Shown: positions 24,692 to 36,544 of the stretch, piece after piece
How the letters are laid out: each line of letters starts with the position of its first letter
How positions within the stretch are numbered: the stretch's first letter is position 1
Assembly (NCBI GenBank): GCA_010909165.1
Contig: MU008180.1
Coordinates: 1,028,076-1,092,075, forward strand
From: Anthoceros angustus
Lineage: Eukaryota; Plantae; Anthocerotophyta
Direction: 5' to 3'
DNA length: 64,000 nt
The notes under the pieces: model-generated
The model's input: only the letters and a program-made list of their open reading frames with translations
Database searches by the model: none
Told to the model about the DNA's origin: nothing
Translations under genes and position numbers: made by a program

Positions 24692-25777
24692 GGCGATCTG
24701 CCAAGCCCTGCCCTTTCGCTGTCACTATCTGCGAGAACCCAAAGCAGGCACCATCAGGGCGCTGCAGCCAACGGAGACACACGACATCAGCAAGGAGGAA
24801 AGCAAGATCTGAGAAACTGTGTAGCTCCACTTCTAACTTGGACCGATCTGATGCCGTTAAGTGTGTGCTCGGATTTCAGAAAATAAGTTCCTAGTAGAAA
24901 ATAAGTTTCTTTAGACATGTCAAGCCTTGCTTATTGGCCATTTTCTGTTATCTATTATTTTTAATATAATTAATTTTAGAAAAATCCGATCGCCCTTGCT
25001 CTTGCCTCCACAGCTAAGAGCATACTTAGATCCACATGCTTTTGGAAAATATGAAACCCACCTCGGCTGTCCACCACTAATGCCCACCATGAGGATCATC
25101 TTCATGTGGTTTACAACTTGAAGTATTCATTTCGTTGAGCACACATTACGGAAAAGCTAGAAGCACAGCTACCACGCTGCCGAAAATGGGCCAAGTCCGA
25201 TGCTCCCAAGCCGATCGAAACATTTTTAGAAGTGAAAAATCAGGTAATTAAAGGTCACAAAAAATATTTCCCTTAGAGACACACAACCGCATATGATAAA
25301 ACAGGCCTGCCAGCTGCTTGTGCTCTACATTTGGTTCATATACTGGTTTGCACGTTTCATAAAAACTTGGCCACCGCATATTCCACTTGACCCTGGTCAC
25401 GGTCACTGGCCCAGGCATTGCCTGCAGGCGATGGCTCAGGGTGAAAACCCGAGGAGATGAGGGGATGCTTCAGGGTGAAAAAATGACGGGATGTGAGGGG
25501 AGCGAGGATGCCCGTCTCACCATGGTTTTGCTAAACACAAGGCCGAACTAGTATGGTTGTGCCGTTCCAGGGCAGTCGATTCATGATATTCTTTTTTCTG
25601 ATGTAAAAAATAGACCACGGCCGAAAGTCCCTCATCATACTTTGCTCAGATTTCCCTGAGCTTGAAACGAACTGCAAAACAATCAAGGAGCAGAAACGAA
25701 GGACTCAATCTGAGTCCAGTCGGTTCGCCTTCTGAGTTTAGAGATAGTCTCAAGAGGTAACTTCCTGACGGAACGTT

Positions 25778-26055
25778 TTAGGGTTTTGATAGACCCTTGG
25801 AGGAAGAAGAAGGAACTCTCTTCAGTTTGCAGTCTGCCTGAACTTCTGCTAACACGCCGCCTGTCGTTGCGGAAAAGAAGAGACCAAATTGCTACTTGAA
25901 CAGAGAAGAGAAGCCCTAGACGGAGGCTGCGTGTAGGGCCTTCGGTCTCTTCGTGTCGTCCTGCTGAGGATTGCTTTACTGTTGCTGTCCGGGCTCTGCC
26001 CTGCCCTGCTCTGCTCTGCTCTGCATCTCCTCCTTTCTGCTCAACCCTAAACCCT
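25778..26055 (+). promoter_or_regulatory. Telo-box-containing promoter/5'UTR of NOP10
   Basis: TTAGGGTTT at 25778-25786 and AACCCTAAACCCT at 26043-26055 upstream of the ATG. Telo-boxes are typical of plant ribosome-biogenesis genes. Confidence 0.55.
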
Positions 26056-26066
26056 TTGCTCCCACC

Positions 26067-26464
26067 ATGTATCTCATGTTCTATATCAACGACAACGGTG
26101 AGAAGGTTTACACACTGAAGGTAAGTCTCACAGGATTGCACTTGGAGTTCCGAGCACCCGCTTTGTAAATTGTGCTCAATTCCTCTCGTGCTGTATTGCA
26201 GAAGGAAGACCCAGCTGGGACCCCAAGTCAATCGGCACATCCTGGTATGGAATGTCCTTGTTCTGTTGGTTTTGCATGGCTTATGGGACTCTGTTGCAAT
26301 CATGGATTTGGCGGGAATTACCGGCTGCTAATGGGTTGCTTGCACTTTGTTGCTGGGTGGCTGCAGCGCGGTTCTCCCCTGATGATAAGTTCTCCAAGCA
26401 GCGCATCACCTTGAAGAAGAGGTTTGGACTGCTGCCAACTCAGGCGCCTCCGAAGGAATATTAG
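26067..26464 (+). CDS. NOP10: H/ACA snoRNP subunit NOP10 (64 aa, 3 exons)
   Basis: Exons 26067-26120, 26202-26244 and 26367-26464 give [64 protein letters not shown]. Confidence 0.97.
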
Positions 26465-26476
26465 CACGTGGGAACA

Positions 26477-27060
26477 ATGTCTGGACCGATATGTGAGAAG
26501 CGGAAGGTTGTGGCGGATGGAGTCTGGTTTGCTGAACGGAGTTAGTTTCTTAACGAGAGAGTCGAGTGATGATGGAGGGGTTCGGTGGTGTCCAAGTGCG
26601 TGTCTCTCTCTTGAGAACCGAGATCACAGTCAAAAGCGACTTGGCATGGAATGTCGGAAGGTCCTTGAAGAGGGGCAGGCGCATTCTGGAGCTCACGCTA
26701 GCTATTCAGAAGCGGTTCGGCTTTCCAGTCGACGCTACGGAGAAGGTGTCCAAATGTGTTCTGCCTGCCACTAACCAAGGTGCCGGACGGACTTCAAAAG
26801 CCCCAAGGGCGTTTTTGGAAGGTTTATCATGTACAGTAGGGATATGAAGTATGTATTAAGTTCAAAAGGGCTTCCAGGGTTTCTTGGTCTTTTATCTGGC
26901 AATTTCGTGAAAGAGAACATCGACACTGCCGTTGTCCATGTGTGAGCTTCGTCCCGGAGTGCGGGGAATTGTGAGGCTTAAGTTGCGGCTGGAGATCAGG
27001 GGCGAGACAGGTCTAATGATCTCCGTGTAGGTGGTGTTGCCATATTCTAGCCTCAAGGAT
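26477..27060 (+). pseudogene. RPS3: Processed (intronless) pseudogene of 40S ribosomal protein S3 (uS3)
   Basis: Read across frameshifts: MSGPICEKRKVVADGVWFAE..TRE..DG, GVQVRVSLLRTEI, GRRILELT..IQKRFGFP, SGNFVKENIDTAVVHV..LRPGVRGI. These are colinear with uS3 (KRKFVADGVFYAE, GVEVRVTPMRTEI, GRRIRELT..VQKRF, EYIDAAVRHV.LRQGVLG). It has stops, indels and an internal deletion. Confidence 0.85.
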
Positions 27061-27578
27061 TGGAAGAGGCCGTGTCAGCCACGCGTTCGCATGCAAAGAA
27101 GGGAGGTTCAGACTGCTTTCGCTATTTTCTCCGTGCAAAGCAAACTGTTCCATGGTGCTCGGGAAGTGAATCACATGCAACTACTTCGCATCCAGAGTGA
27201 TTCAAACGGTTAGAAAAGTCCGCGTAGTCTATGCTACTGAAACCGTGATGGGGGGGAATCACAGCGGGTTCTGGCAGTTCACTAAACCCTGTGGGCTGAA
27301 GGGATTGGCAACTTGGAACTGAACTCGAAGATGGACCCTGTAAACAACGTACAGGAAAAACTGAACAGCGAACTTCTCCTTAGAGCGCAAAGCTGGACCA
27401 TGTGGCTTACAGCAAACACACAACGTTGGACTCACCCCCATGAAAGTTGTCAGCAGTCGAAGCAAATCGTGGGATAGCGATCTATACAAATTAATCGTGA
27501 ATCAATGGTATACACAACAAATTTGTCTAACACAACTAGTCAAGGATTGAAGGCAACTGTAGGCCTGGCCGATAAAAT

Positions 27579-30450
27579 CTAGCCATATGTGGGGGGAGGA
27601 GCAGCAGCAGGAGGGGCCATTCTTCTCTTCTTGGCGACGATGAATCCTGCTCCGATTAGGCAAGCAGCACCGATAATGACACCAATACTGATTCCTGCCT
27701 TGGCACCGGGTGACAAGCCATCTTTGCCTCCACCCCCTGAAGAAGGCTGAGGAGCTGGTGATCGCCCATGGCCGGAAGGAGGAACTGCCACGTTCGGGCC
27801 TGCGGCGAGAGGAGCGCCTAGTGAGGGAGCCGGACCATTGTGAGTCAGTGGCGAAGGGCCGGGACCATAGCCTGGTGAAGGAGTCGGGCCATAGACAGAG
27901 CTTGGTGAAGGGCCGGGGCTGTAACCTGGGGGAGACGTCGGACCGGAGACATAGCTTGGTGATGGGCCGTAGCTGGAAGGAGGTGCCCCATAAGGTGAGC
28001 CATAAGGTGAGCCATAAGGTGAGCCATAAGGTGAGCCATAAGGTGAGCCTGGTGATGGTGGTGAGCCGTAAGGCGCGCCTGGTGATGGTGGTGAGCCATA
28101 AGGTGAGCCTGGTGACGGTGGTGAGCCGTAAGGCACGCCTGGTGATGGTGGTGAGGCATATGGAGATGATCCTGGTGGGGAAGCGTAAGGGGAACCAGGA
28201 GGTGAGGCATGGGGTGGTGAGCCCTGGGGGGTTCCGAAAGGCGGTGAGCCCCGGGGAGTACCGTAAGGTGGTGAGCCCGGAGGAGAAGCCAGAGGCGGTG
28301 CACCTGGAGGAGAAGAGGAAGGTGTACCGGGCGGTGAGGCATTGGGTGGTGAGCCTGGGGGGGATGCATTGGGTGGTGAGCCTGGTGGGGAAGTGGATGG
28401 TGCACCAGGTGGTGAGGCATTCGGTGGTGAGCCTGGAGGAGAGCTGTAGGGTGGTGAGCCTGGTGGGGAAGAATTGGGTGGTGAGCCTGGAGGAGAGCTG
28501 GTGGGTGGTGAGCCTGGTGGGGAAGCATTGGGTGGTGAGCCTGGAGGAGAGCTGGTGGGTGGTGAGCCTGGTGGGGAAGTGGATGGTGTACCAGGCGGTG
28601 AGGCATTGGGTGGTGAGCCTGGAGGAGAGCTGGTGGGTGGTGAGCCTGGAGGAGAGCTGGTGGGTGGTGAGCCTGGTGGGGAAGTGGATGGTGTACCAGG
28701 CGGTGAGGCATTCGGTGGTGAGCCTGGAGGAGAGCTCGTGGGTGGTGAGCCTGGTGGGGAAGTGGATGGTGTACCAGGCGGTGAGGCATTCGGTGGTGAG
28801 CCTGGTGGGGAAGTGGATGGTGTACCAGGCGGTGAGGCATTCGGTGGTGAGCCTGGTGGGGAAGTGGATGGTGTACCAGGCGGTGAGGCATTCGGTGGTG
28901 AGCCTGGTGGGGAAGTGGATGGTGTACCAGGCGGTGAGGCAGTCGGTGGTGAGCCTGGAGGAGAGCTGGAGGGTGGTGTGCTAGGCTGCGAGCCTGGAGG
29001 AGAGCTGGACGGTGGTTTGGTAGGCGGTGAGCCTGGAGGAGTGCTGGAGGGTGGTGTGGCAGGTGGTGCACCTGGAGGAGAGCTGGAAGGTGGCGAACCT
29101 GGAGGAGAGCTAGAAGGTGGTGAGCCTGGAGGAGAGCTGGTGGGAGGTGTTTCTACGGGTGGGGTCAGGGGGGGAGGCTTGGGAGACTTAGGCGGGGATG
29201 GAGATTTCGGAGGGGAGGTTGGAGGCTTAGGAGACTTAGGCGGGGACGGAGACTTAGGTGGGGACGGAGACTTAGGCGGGGAGCTGGGGGGCTTAGGAGA
29301 TTTAGGAGGGGATGGAGACTTAGGAGGGGATGGAGACTTAGGCGGGGACGGAGACTTAGGTGGGGACGGAGACTTAGGCGGGGACGGAGACTTAGGTGGG
29401 GACGGAGACTTAGGCGGGGAGCTGGGGGGCTTAGGAGATTTAGGAGGGGATGGAGACTTAGGAGGGGATGGAGACTTAGGCGGGGACGGAGACTTAGGTG
29501 GGGACGGAGACTTAGGCGGGGAGCTTGGGGGCTTAGGAGATTTAGGAGGGGATGGAGACTTAGGAGGGGATGGAGATTTGGGCGGGGACGGAGACTTGGG
29601 CGGCGAGCTTGGGGGCTTGGGAGAGTGAGGAGGCTTGGGAGATTTGGGGGGTTTGGGCGAGTGAGGAGGCTTGGGAGATTTGGGGGTTTGGGAGTGAGGA
29701 GGCTTGGGAGATTTGGGGGCTTGGGAGGAGGAGGCTTGGGAGATTTGGGGGCTTGGGAGAGTGGGAGGAGGAGGCTTGGGGGCTTGGGAGAGTGAGGAGG
29801 CTTAGGAGATTTGGGGGCTTGGGAGGTGAGGAGGCTTGGGAGATTTGGGGGCTTGGGTGAGTGAGGCTTGGGGATTTGGGGGCTTGGTGGTGAGGAGGCT
29901 TGGGCGATTTTGGGGGCTTGGGAGAGTGAGGAGGCTTGGGAGACTTGGGGGGCTTGGGAGAGTGAGGAGGTTTGGGAGATTTGGGGGGCTTGGGAGAGTG
30001 AGGAGGCTGGGGAGATTTGGGGGGTTTGGGAGAGTGAGGAGGCTTGGGAGACTTGGGAGGCTTAGGGGAGTGAGGAGGCTTGGGAGACTTGGGGGGCTTA
30101 GGGGAGTGAGGAGGCTCGGGAGAGTGGGGTGGCTTGGGAGAGTGAGGAGGCTTTGGAGACTTGGGAGGTTTATGAGAAGGAGGAGGTTTGGGCTTGTGGC
30201 CCTTGGGAGGGGGCTCATGATGCCCGGGGGAGGGAGGAGTCGGATGCTTGGTGTGGTGGCCACGCCGAGGTTTCCCGGTGTCATGATGCGGCCGGTGTCT
30301 GCGGGACGGTGGTGCAGGGTCCTCCTCCTTCAGCTCCTTCCGACTCCCACTGTGAACTGAGTGCACCCCAGCCTGCGCAGACAGCACTGACAGAAACAGG
30401 AGGCACACCACCCATGCCACTCTCGCAATCTGGACGTATCGGGTCCCCAT
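27579..30450 (-). CDS. Extensin-like/proline-rich glycoprotein with signal peptide and C-terminal transmembrane helix; frameshifted in this assembly within the repeats
   Basis: MGTRYVQIARVAWVVCLLFLSVLSAQA signal; His/Lys block, (SPKPPH/KSPKPP)n, (SPSPPK)n, (SSPPGSPP)n and (YGSP)n; then GLSPGAKAGISIGVIIGAACLIGAGFIVAKKRR (TM plus basic stop-transfer). Frame breaks are confined to ~29560-29890. Confidence 0.8.
27985..30170. repeat. Coding tandem repeats of the extensin-like gene (short units, ~9-42 bp)
   Basis: CCATAAGGTGAG x5, GGTGAGCCTGG-based arrays, GGAGACTTAGGCGGGGAC arrays and GAGTGAGGAGGCTTGGGA arrays. Confidence 0.9.
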
Positions 30451-31994
30451 GGTTCCTGCGTAATAAGCGGCTCCACGAGTTCCAGTATTCTTCGATCACA
30501 CTCAATCCGCACACCTTCCAGTCGCAGGCTAGAAGCTACCTGCAACACTAACACCCCACCCCACCACAACACAATTCTTCCTGTCAGCGACCACCAACTT
30601 CAATGCTCGAAAGCGCAACACAAATTCCAAGCCCGACTCGGCCTGGAGGAGCTGGGCGGCGAGGCCAAGGATCCATGCCGACCGTACCGTGTGGTATCTT
30701 TTGCAGCCATCGCTGTAGGGCCGGGCAGTAGATGTCTTAGCACTCTCTTCGTCCAAACCAAGTCATCTGGAAACCTGCAGGTCGCAGCCGTCGCCCACAA
30801 AATGCTGCAAGATGTAAGCGACTCCAAGCTAGCATATGGGTACTTCAGCTGCGCTCAAACTGCGTCTGCGAAAACGGAGCATGCACCTGCCAGACTTCAC
30901 ACTCGCTCGGCAATGGAGCAACGCAGCCCGACCGATCCGAGCCCGGGTCCAGGCGAACTCAAGTCCTGGAGCCGGGAGCTCGCTACTGCAATGGCGGAGG
31001 GAGGCTGCAGCAGCGGGAATGATAAAGGGCAGTCCGGGACGACAGGCGATATGGGGTGCGATCGTTTGATCACGGTGCGTCCCGGAGCTGGAATATTATA
31101 CTGGGGGCGTGGCAGCAGTGGTGCAGCAGCGAGGGGGGAGGCGGGGGCCGGGACCGGGTCCACCAGGAGGTGACAGCGCTGCGGCCCTGCGCTTTTGCGC
31201 AAATTTCATCTCCCAGGCCGAGGTGGGAGGACGTTGCTGGGTCAGGAGACGATTATCATGCACCTTTACCTTTGCAAAAGATTGACCACTCTCATCACTC
31301 TTCCGATCTCACCAACTTCCTACATCCCTGCCGACGCAGCGTGATGGCGTGATGCAGCGCACCGGGTCCCAGCTAATCATTCCCGTTTCCAGCCTTGTCG
31401 GCCCGCCTGGCAAGCGCTGTTCCGACGGCGAAACGTGGCGAGTCGTGCAGTGTGGTGACCAACCCCGCCAGGTTTGGTGCGCACGCGCCCCTACTGCCTA
31501 CTCACAACTCCGCCATCCGCTCTCCAAACACATATCCCTTCACGTTCCGATCGGATTGCGCTGATTCGCGTTTTCCAATCCGCTCCGCCCGCTGCTTTCC
31601 GGGCTGCCATGTCCGCGTTTGGAGTTGCCGACACAACTTGCACTGTACGAGGTATCGTTTCACGATTCGCTTCCGCTTCGCACGTGTGTCGTGCAAGGCA
31701 CCCGAGGAAAATAGCTCCTCCTTTTCCCGAGTGGGCAAAATAATAGCCTCAAGCCGCGGCTGATGCGTAAGCTGGACGCCCCGCCGGCTCGCGATTGTGA
31801 ATCTGTGATGGAAATCATTTCCTGTTTGAAGCTCCGCGTCCTCGGAGACCCGGAGACGTGTGTACGTTCTGGAGCGCGCAATAATATCTTCCACAAGGAA
31901 GAATGGAGGAGAGCAGCAGGGCCCTGGAGACGGGGGATAGGATACGTCACCGTAACACCATTTCTGCAATTCTGCACGAGGCCGCCAGGCTAGC

Positions 31995-32070
31995 TATGTA
32001 TGTATGTATGTATGTATGTGTATGTATGTATGTATGTATGTATGTATGTATGTATGTATGTATGTATGTA
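31995..32070. repeat. (TATG)n microsatellite
   Basis: Near-perfect TATG run with one interruption. Confidence 0.97.
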
Positions 32071-32629
32071 CATATGGTGCCGGCTCAGGACTTCCCTTCC
32101 GGACTGCGACCAAAGCATCGCAAAGCACCGACATCGCCATCGCCAGCTTCGTGTGCGTTCCTGCACGCCTCCTCACAGGCTTTCGCAGTCCAGACCCATA
32201 TGCAACTACTGCCACTATCGTTTTGCCCATAATGGATGATGGTCTTTGGTGGGTTTGAGGTAGGACAAGTGTCTCGGTCGCAGGAGCCACCTGCAGGCAT
32301 CTATGTTGATGACGTCAACACCGTCACTTCGAATCCGGATCAGTCAGGCTGAGGAAATCCCAACTGCATGCCCTCAGGCTTAAGCTTGGACTTTGTCCAC
32401 CGTCGCAACTGCTTGCTCAAGTCTTAAAGTAGGGGCTGAAGAGCAACTGCTTGCTTGCTGATAGAATGTAGATTTGACGACATCTGGCTTCAACGGCAAC
32501 AAGGAGAGAAGGAGACTGGACTGAGAGATGATGCATCGGACGGGACAACTAATTAAATAGTCGTAGTGACCAGCTCTCGTTGTGGGATCGCTGTTGATCT
32601 CACCGGTATTCACAGGTTTCAGCCTCTCA

Positions 32630-33558
32630 GGATTTGGCGTGGGGAGGGATGCGGAATGGGGAACATGGATGTGGCTTCAGGGTCGGCGCTGCGGATGCGT
32701 TGTGAGGTGGTGTGTAGTGTCCGGAGGTGAGGGGGGTGCGGGTCCCGCACAGCGCGGGGCCCGGGGCGATGGTGTGTAGGTGTTTGGCGTTCCTCGGGAT
32801 TAGGGTTTCCGTGGGGCCCTGTGCGGCGCTTGCTTGCCGGGGTCTGTTGCCCCGGCGGTTTTCTCTCTGTTTTTCAAAATAACGTCCCAGTCTATTAACT
32901 CGGCTACTGCATCTATTCAGTCCCTTGAAGCTTCTTGTGCTAACAGGGATCAGTTAATGAAGTCTGCCCTTGAAGACTGGTGCCCAGGGTTTAAAGAAGG
33001 CTTTCACGGTTTCGCATCTGGGAATTACACATTTTGTTCGGTCAGAGTTAAAGCTCAAGTCTCGGCGGTTTGGGAAAGCTTTTTGCAAAGTTATTGAGTC
33101 TAAACAGTGTCGATCGCGCAGGCTTATGAATGATCGCGCAGGCTTATGAATGATCAATTGCAGGGATATCTGAAACTACGAAGATATGTGAATGATTTAT
33201 CCGTGAATGATTTATCCTTTGGTTTTGCCAACCGGGTGACTAATCTCTCTCTGCAATTTTGAGAGCAAGTGTTGAAGAAAATTGCTTTCACCTGGAAAGT
33301 TGAGGAAAAGGTGGACAGGTGGCCTTTTTTTGTGGTGATCAGTTGGTTATTTTGGAGCCTCATCCTCGAACTATTTGTGACATTGTTGGTTGATTATTTC
33401 AATTGCCTTCTTGTTTGCATCACACACGGTTACCGTCCCTCTAGTTCAGATATATGTGTACTCAGTTTTTCACCTCTTTTTATGCTGTATTATCTCCGTC
33501 CCATGATGGTGCATCCATCCTTAGTGGACATAAATAAAATTGTTGTTGTTGTTGTTGT
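32630..33558 (+). mobile_element. Truncated or internally deleted non-LTR retrotransposon (LINE, possibly RTE-like) remnant
   Basis: GC-rich leader, degenerate coding-like middle, and a 3' end AATAAAAT followed by a (TTG)n tail at 33540-33558, a tail type known from plant RTE LINEs. No RT motif seen. Confidence 0.4.
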
Positions 33559-34594
33559 CAAGGCGCTAAACTTGAATATGACGCCATTGTACCCACTTAG
33601 GTTCGAAGTTCACAGTTCACGTTGCTTAGAACCCTGTGCTCATGTTGTTTAGAACCCTATGCTGAAGTTGAATCGTGGTTCTACCTTAGAGTTATTTTAT
33701 ATGATTTTTTCATTCATTGAGATCACTACTTGGTACAAATATGGCTCAAGTGAAAGGACCAGTTCTAAGACTAGTTAGCTCAAAGTAGCTTAAAAAAATT
33801 TTAAAAAAAAATGCTCAGTCCACCCGGACAGGTACCTAATGCTACGCATGTGTTAATTTGCGGACACGTACGTAATCCTACACATGTGTTAATTTGCCTC
33901 GTGTGAAACCACAGGCAAAACTCGAGTTGAAACGACAACTGACGGTATTCACTGGTTTCAGCCTCACGATTTTGGCATGTGAGCATGACGCAGCAGTAGC
34001 CCTTATTACGCACCGTGTTGTCTGCCGCCATGCTCATATCAGGCACCTCCCCTCAGGAATCCATGCATCCACTTCGAAAATGTTGGTGGAAAAGTGTCCC
34101 AGGCGAGTCCTTCCATATGGAGCAAGCGCGTCTTGGCCTTTTACGCCATCATTCCTGTGAGTCTCTTTCTTTCTACACAAAGCAACACATGACCAAGGAT
34201 TTCTCTCTCCTTATCCCACATCCAGCACATGACAACGGATTTCTCTCTACCTATCTCTTGGCTTCATCTTCCGCTCATGGTGGCCAGTCCAAATTCATCG
34301 AAGCTCTCCAACATAATGAATGACCTGTTATGACCGATGAATTCAAAGTGCGATTATTATCCTGGGTTAAGCCAAATTCAACGATGGGCAATCAGATACC
34401 TACACCAAGTAGCCTTTGCCGTTTCCAGAGGCACTGTCAAAACCCGGGGTGTGGGTGGTCGTGTGGGCCGTCCTTGGCCGAGGAAACGACGAAACTCGAC
34501 GCTCCCAGTTTTGCTCGAGAATACGCCAATACGCCGCAATGTGAACGGGATCAGATTGAACACCCTCGATTTGCGATTTGCATCGACGAGTCCG

Positions 34595-35049
34595 ATGGCA
34601 GCTCTCCAAGCAGGGATTCACGCTCCAACACAAACCTCACTTCTTACGGCTCCGACTGCTGTCACTGCCAGTTTGTTACAACGTAAAGGACAGGCAAGGC
34701 GCCTTGACTGTCCTGCAGGTTGCATGGAGCGTGAACGCCGACGCAGAAAAGGGGCGGCAATGCGGAGCCCGCGCACACTCCTCTGGAGCTCTCTTCAGCA
34801 CTCGTAACACCTCGAACTTCGCTTGCCTGAAGGATGAGAGCTTCTAGTCGCGCCTCCCAGACGAGCAGTAACTATGGACTCTCTGGAGCTGCGGAGACTG
34901 AGATATCGCGTCCTCCCGTGATGCCTGCGGACTTCGAGAGGAGGTCTGAGGAGCTCAGGATTGAGGAGTGGGCTGCGAGAATCCTTGGCCCGGATCCGAT
35001 CGTGATGAGGACGCCCCCTTGTGGTGACGCTGAATTGCCTTTGTTGTGA
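34595..35049 (+). pseudogene. Disrupted paralog of the 35864-36310 ORF
   Basis: MAALQAGIHAPTQTSLLTAPTAV...; TAA at 34805-34807, a 1-nt deletion and a TGA, then the frame resumes as SNYGLSGAAETEISRPPVMPADFE..IEEWAARILG. Confidence 0.5.
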
Positions 35050-35255
35050 GCTGCAATGTGAGGCCAGCTGCTGATCATGATGCTTTCTGTGGATGCAGGT
35101 GCCGGGCGACGGCCTAACATTGTCCAAGGCGGCGAAGTGGAAGCTTAGGGCAAGACGGGTTGCATTCTACGAGTTCATGCGCTACTTGTTCGAGAGGAAG
35201 CAGATGATTCGTGCGGAAGAGGCGGCGAAGCTGGCGGCCATCTTATCCAAGCCCC

Positions 35256-35458
35256 TGTGAGCCCGTCTCACATGTTGATGCGGCATTGCGATCTTTACGA
35301 TGTCCTGTGCACATAGAGGTGCTCGAGTGAGCTCGTCTCACATTTTGATGCGGCATTGCAGTTTTGACAGTCTCCTGTGCACAGCTGCTCCTGTGAGCTC
35401 GTCTCACATGTTGATGCGGCATTGCAAATTTGGACAACCTGCTGTGCACGGCTGCTCG
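35256..35458. repeat. Three tandem copies of a ~66-70 bp unit in the inverted-repeat spacer
   Basis: Core GTGAGC[C/T]CGTCTCACAT[G/T]TTGATGCGGCATTGC occurs three times. Confidence 0.88.
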
Positions 35459-35863
35459 TCGCACAAACTGGTGTCCAAACTCTTTTTCTGAAGTGACAAT
35501 CTGTTGATTAGACTTAGACTTTTGTATTGCTATGTTCTGTCTCATGTTATCATCTGTCCCATGGCTGTATGGACTTTGCTGTGGTGTATGGAATGTGCTA
35601 TGGTGGTGTAAGGGATCATATTCAGTACAATGGCTTTGCATCCACGGTGGTTCTTCGAGCGTGCACATTCGACCACAGTGATTTCCGCATCTCCACGGCA
35701 TAGTAGATATACAACGAATCCACTTGGAATGTGCCGTGGTTGCTAAAAGACGGGTACTTGCCATGGATACTCCTTCCACAGACACCATCATGAACACCAG
35801 CAGGCCTCACCCGCCAGTTCACACGAAAGGCAAGGCAAGTTCAGGGCAATTCAGCTGCCAGCG

Positions 35864-36310
35864 TCAACACAGAGGAGTTCTCACTGCAATCCGCTCCGTG
35901 CCTAGGATGCTCGCAGCCCACTCCTCAATTTTGCACTCCTCAGGCCACTTCTCAAAGTCCCCAGGCATCAAGGGAGGACGCATCTCAGTCTCCGCAGCCT
36001 CAGAGAGTCCACAGTTACTGGTCGCCGAGGAGGCGCAACGAGAAGCTCCCGTGCTGCAAGCAATGCGAAGTTCGAGGTGTTGCAAGTGCTGAGGAGAGTC
36101 CGGAGGAATGTGGAAGGAGATTGTGAGGAGCCAGCTGCGCATCGCCGCCCTTTTTATGCGTCCGCGTTCACGCTCCATGCAACTTGCAGGACAGTCAAGG
36201 TGCCTTGACTGTCCGTTACGTTGTAACAAACCGGCTGCCGAGACAGCAGTCGGAGCCATAAGAAGTGAGGTTCGCATTGGAGCGTGAATCCCTGCTTGCA
36301 GAGCTTCCAT
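35864..36310 (-). CDS. Hypothetical small protein, intact arm of the inverted duplication; possible organellar transit peptide, possibly spliced
   Basis: 148-aa ORF MEALQAGIHAPMRTSLLMAPTAVSAAG...; its ATG coincides with the outer edge of the repeat arm. Confidence 0.4.
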   Translation of the reverse strand: MEALQAGIHAPMRTSLLMAPTAVSAAGLLQRNGQSRHLDCPASCMERERGRIKRAAMRSWLLTISFHIPPDSPQHLQHLELRIACSTGASRCASSATSNCGLSEAAETEMRPPLMPGDFEKWPEECKIEEWAASILGTERIAVRTPLC

Positions 36311-36370
36311 TGGAAGAAACTGGCATGGATAGAAGTCGAGCAGGTGCCTTAAGAAGTGAGGTTTGCGTGG

Positions 36371-36544
36371 TATAGGAATATCAAACTAGGTCTATAGGCC
36401 ACCTTGCATGCCAACAGTCACACCTCTTTGAGGTGACTATAAAACCAGCTGTAACACACCCACCTGACACCTAATTCATATTCGAATTCCTTCCTTCATG
36501 CCTACAGCCTGTACATCTCCTCCGATCTTATATGGTATCAGAGC
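36371..36544 (+). mobile_element. Short LTR (36371-36532) plus tRNA-iMet primer-binding site of a decayed LTR element
   Basis: TGGTATCAGAGC at 36533-36544; the preceding 162 bp have inverted ends TATAGGA...TCTTATA and an internal TATAAAA. Confidence 0.65.

Larger units (their letters stand above)
34595..36310. repeat. Long inverted repeat: arms ~34595-35045 and ~35845-36310, spacer ~800 bp
   Basis: The reverse complement of 36310-35845 aligns base-by-base to 34595-35045 with scattered substitutions and a few indels (e.g. CAGGGATTCACGCTCCAA / TTGGAGCGTGAATCCCTG). Confidence 0.92.

Noticed and set aside
27710-29628. Long Val/Trp-rich, Gly-rich and His-rich ORFs (424, 384 and 408 aa)
   Set aside because: Alternative-frame or antisense readings of the extensin repeats.
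35256-35458. CRISPR-like repeat-spacer appearance
   Set aside because: The 'spacers' are similar to each other, there are no cas genes, and the context is eukaryotic; it is a simple tandem repeat. The same applies to 54293-54577.
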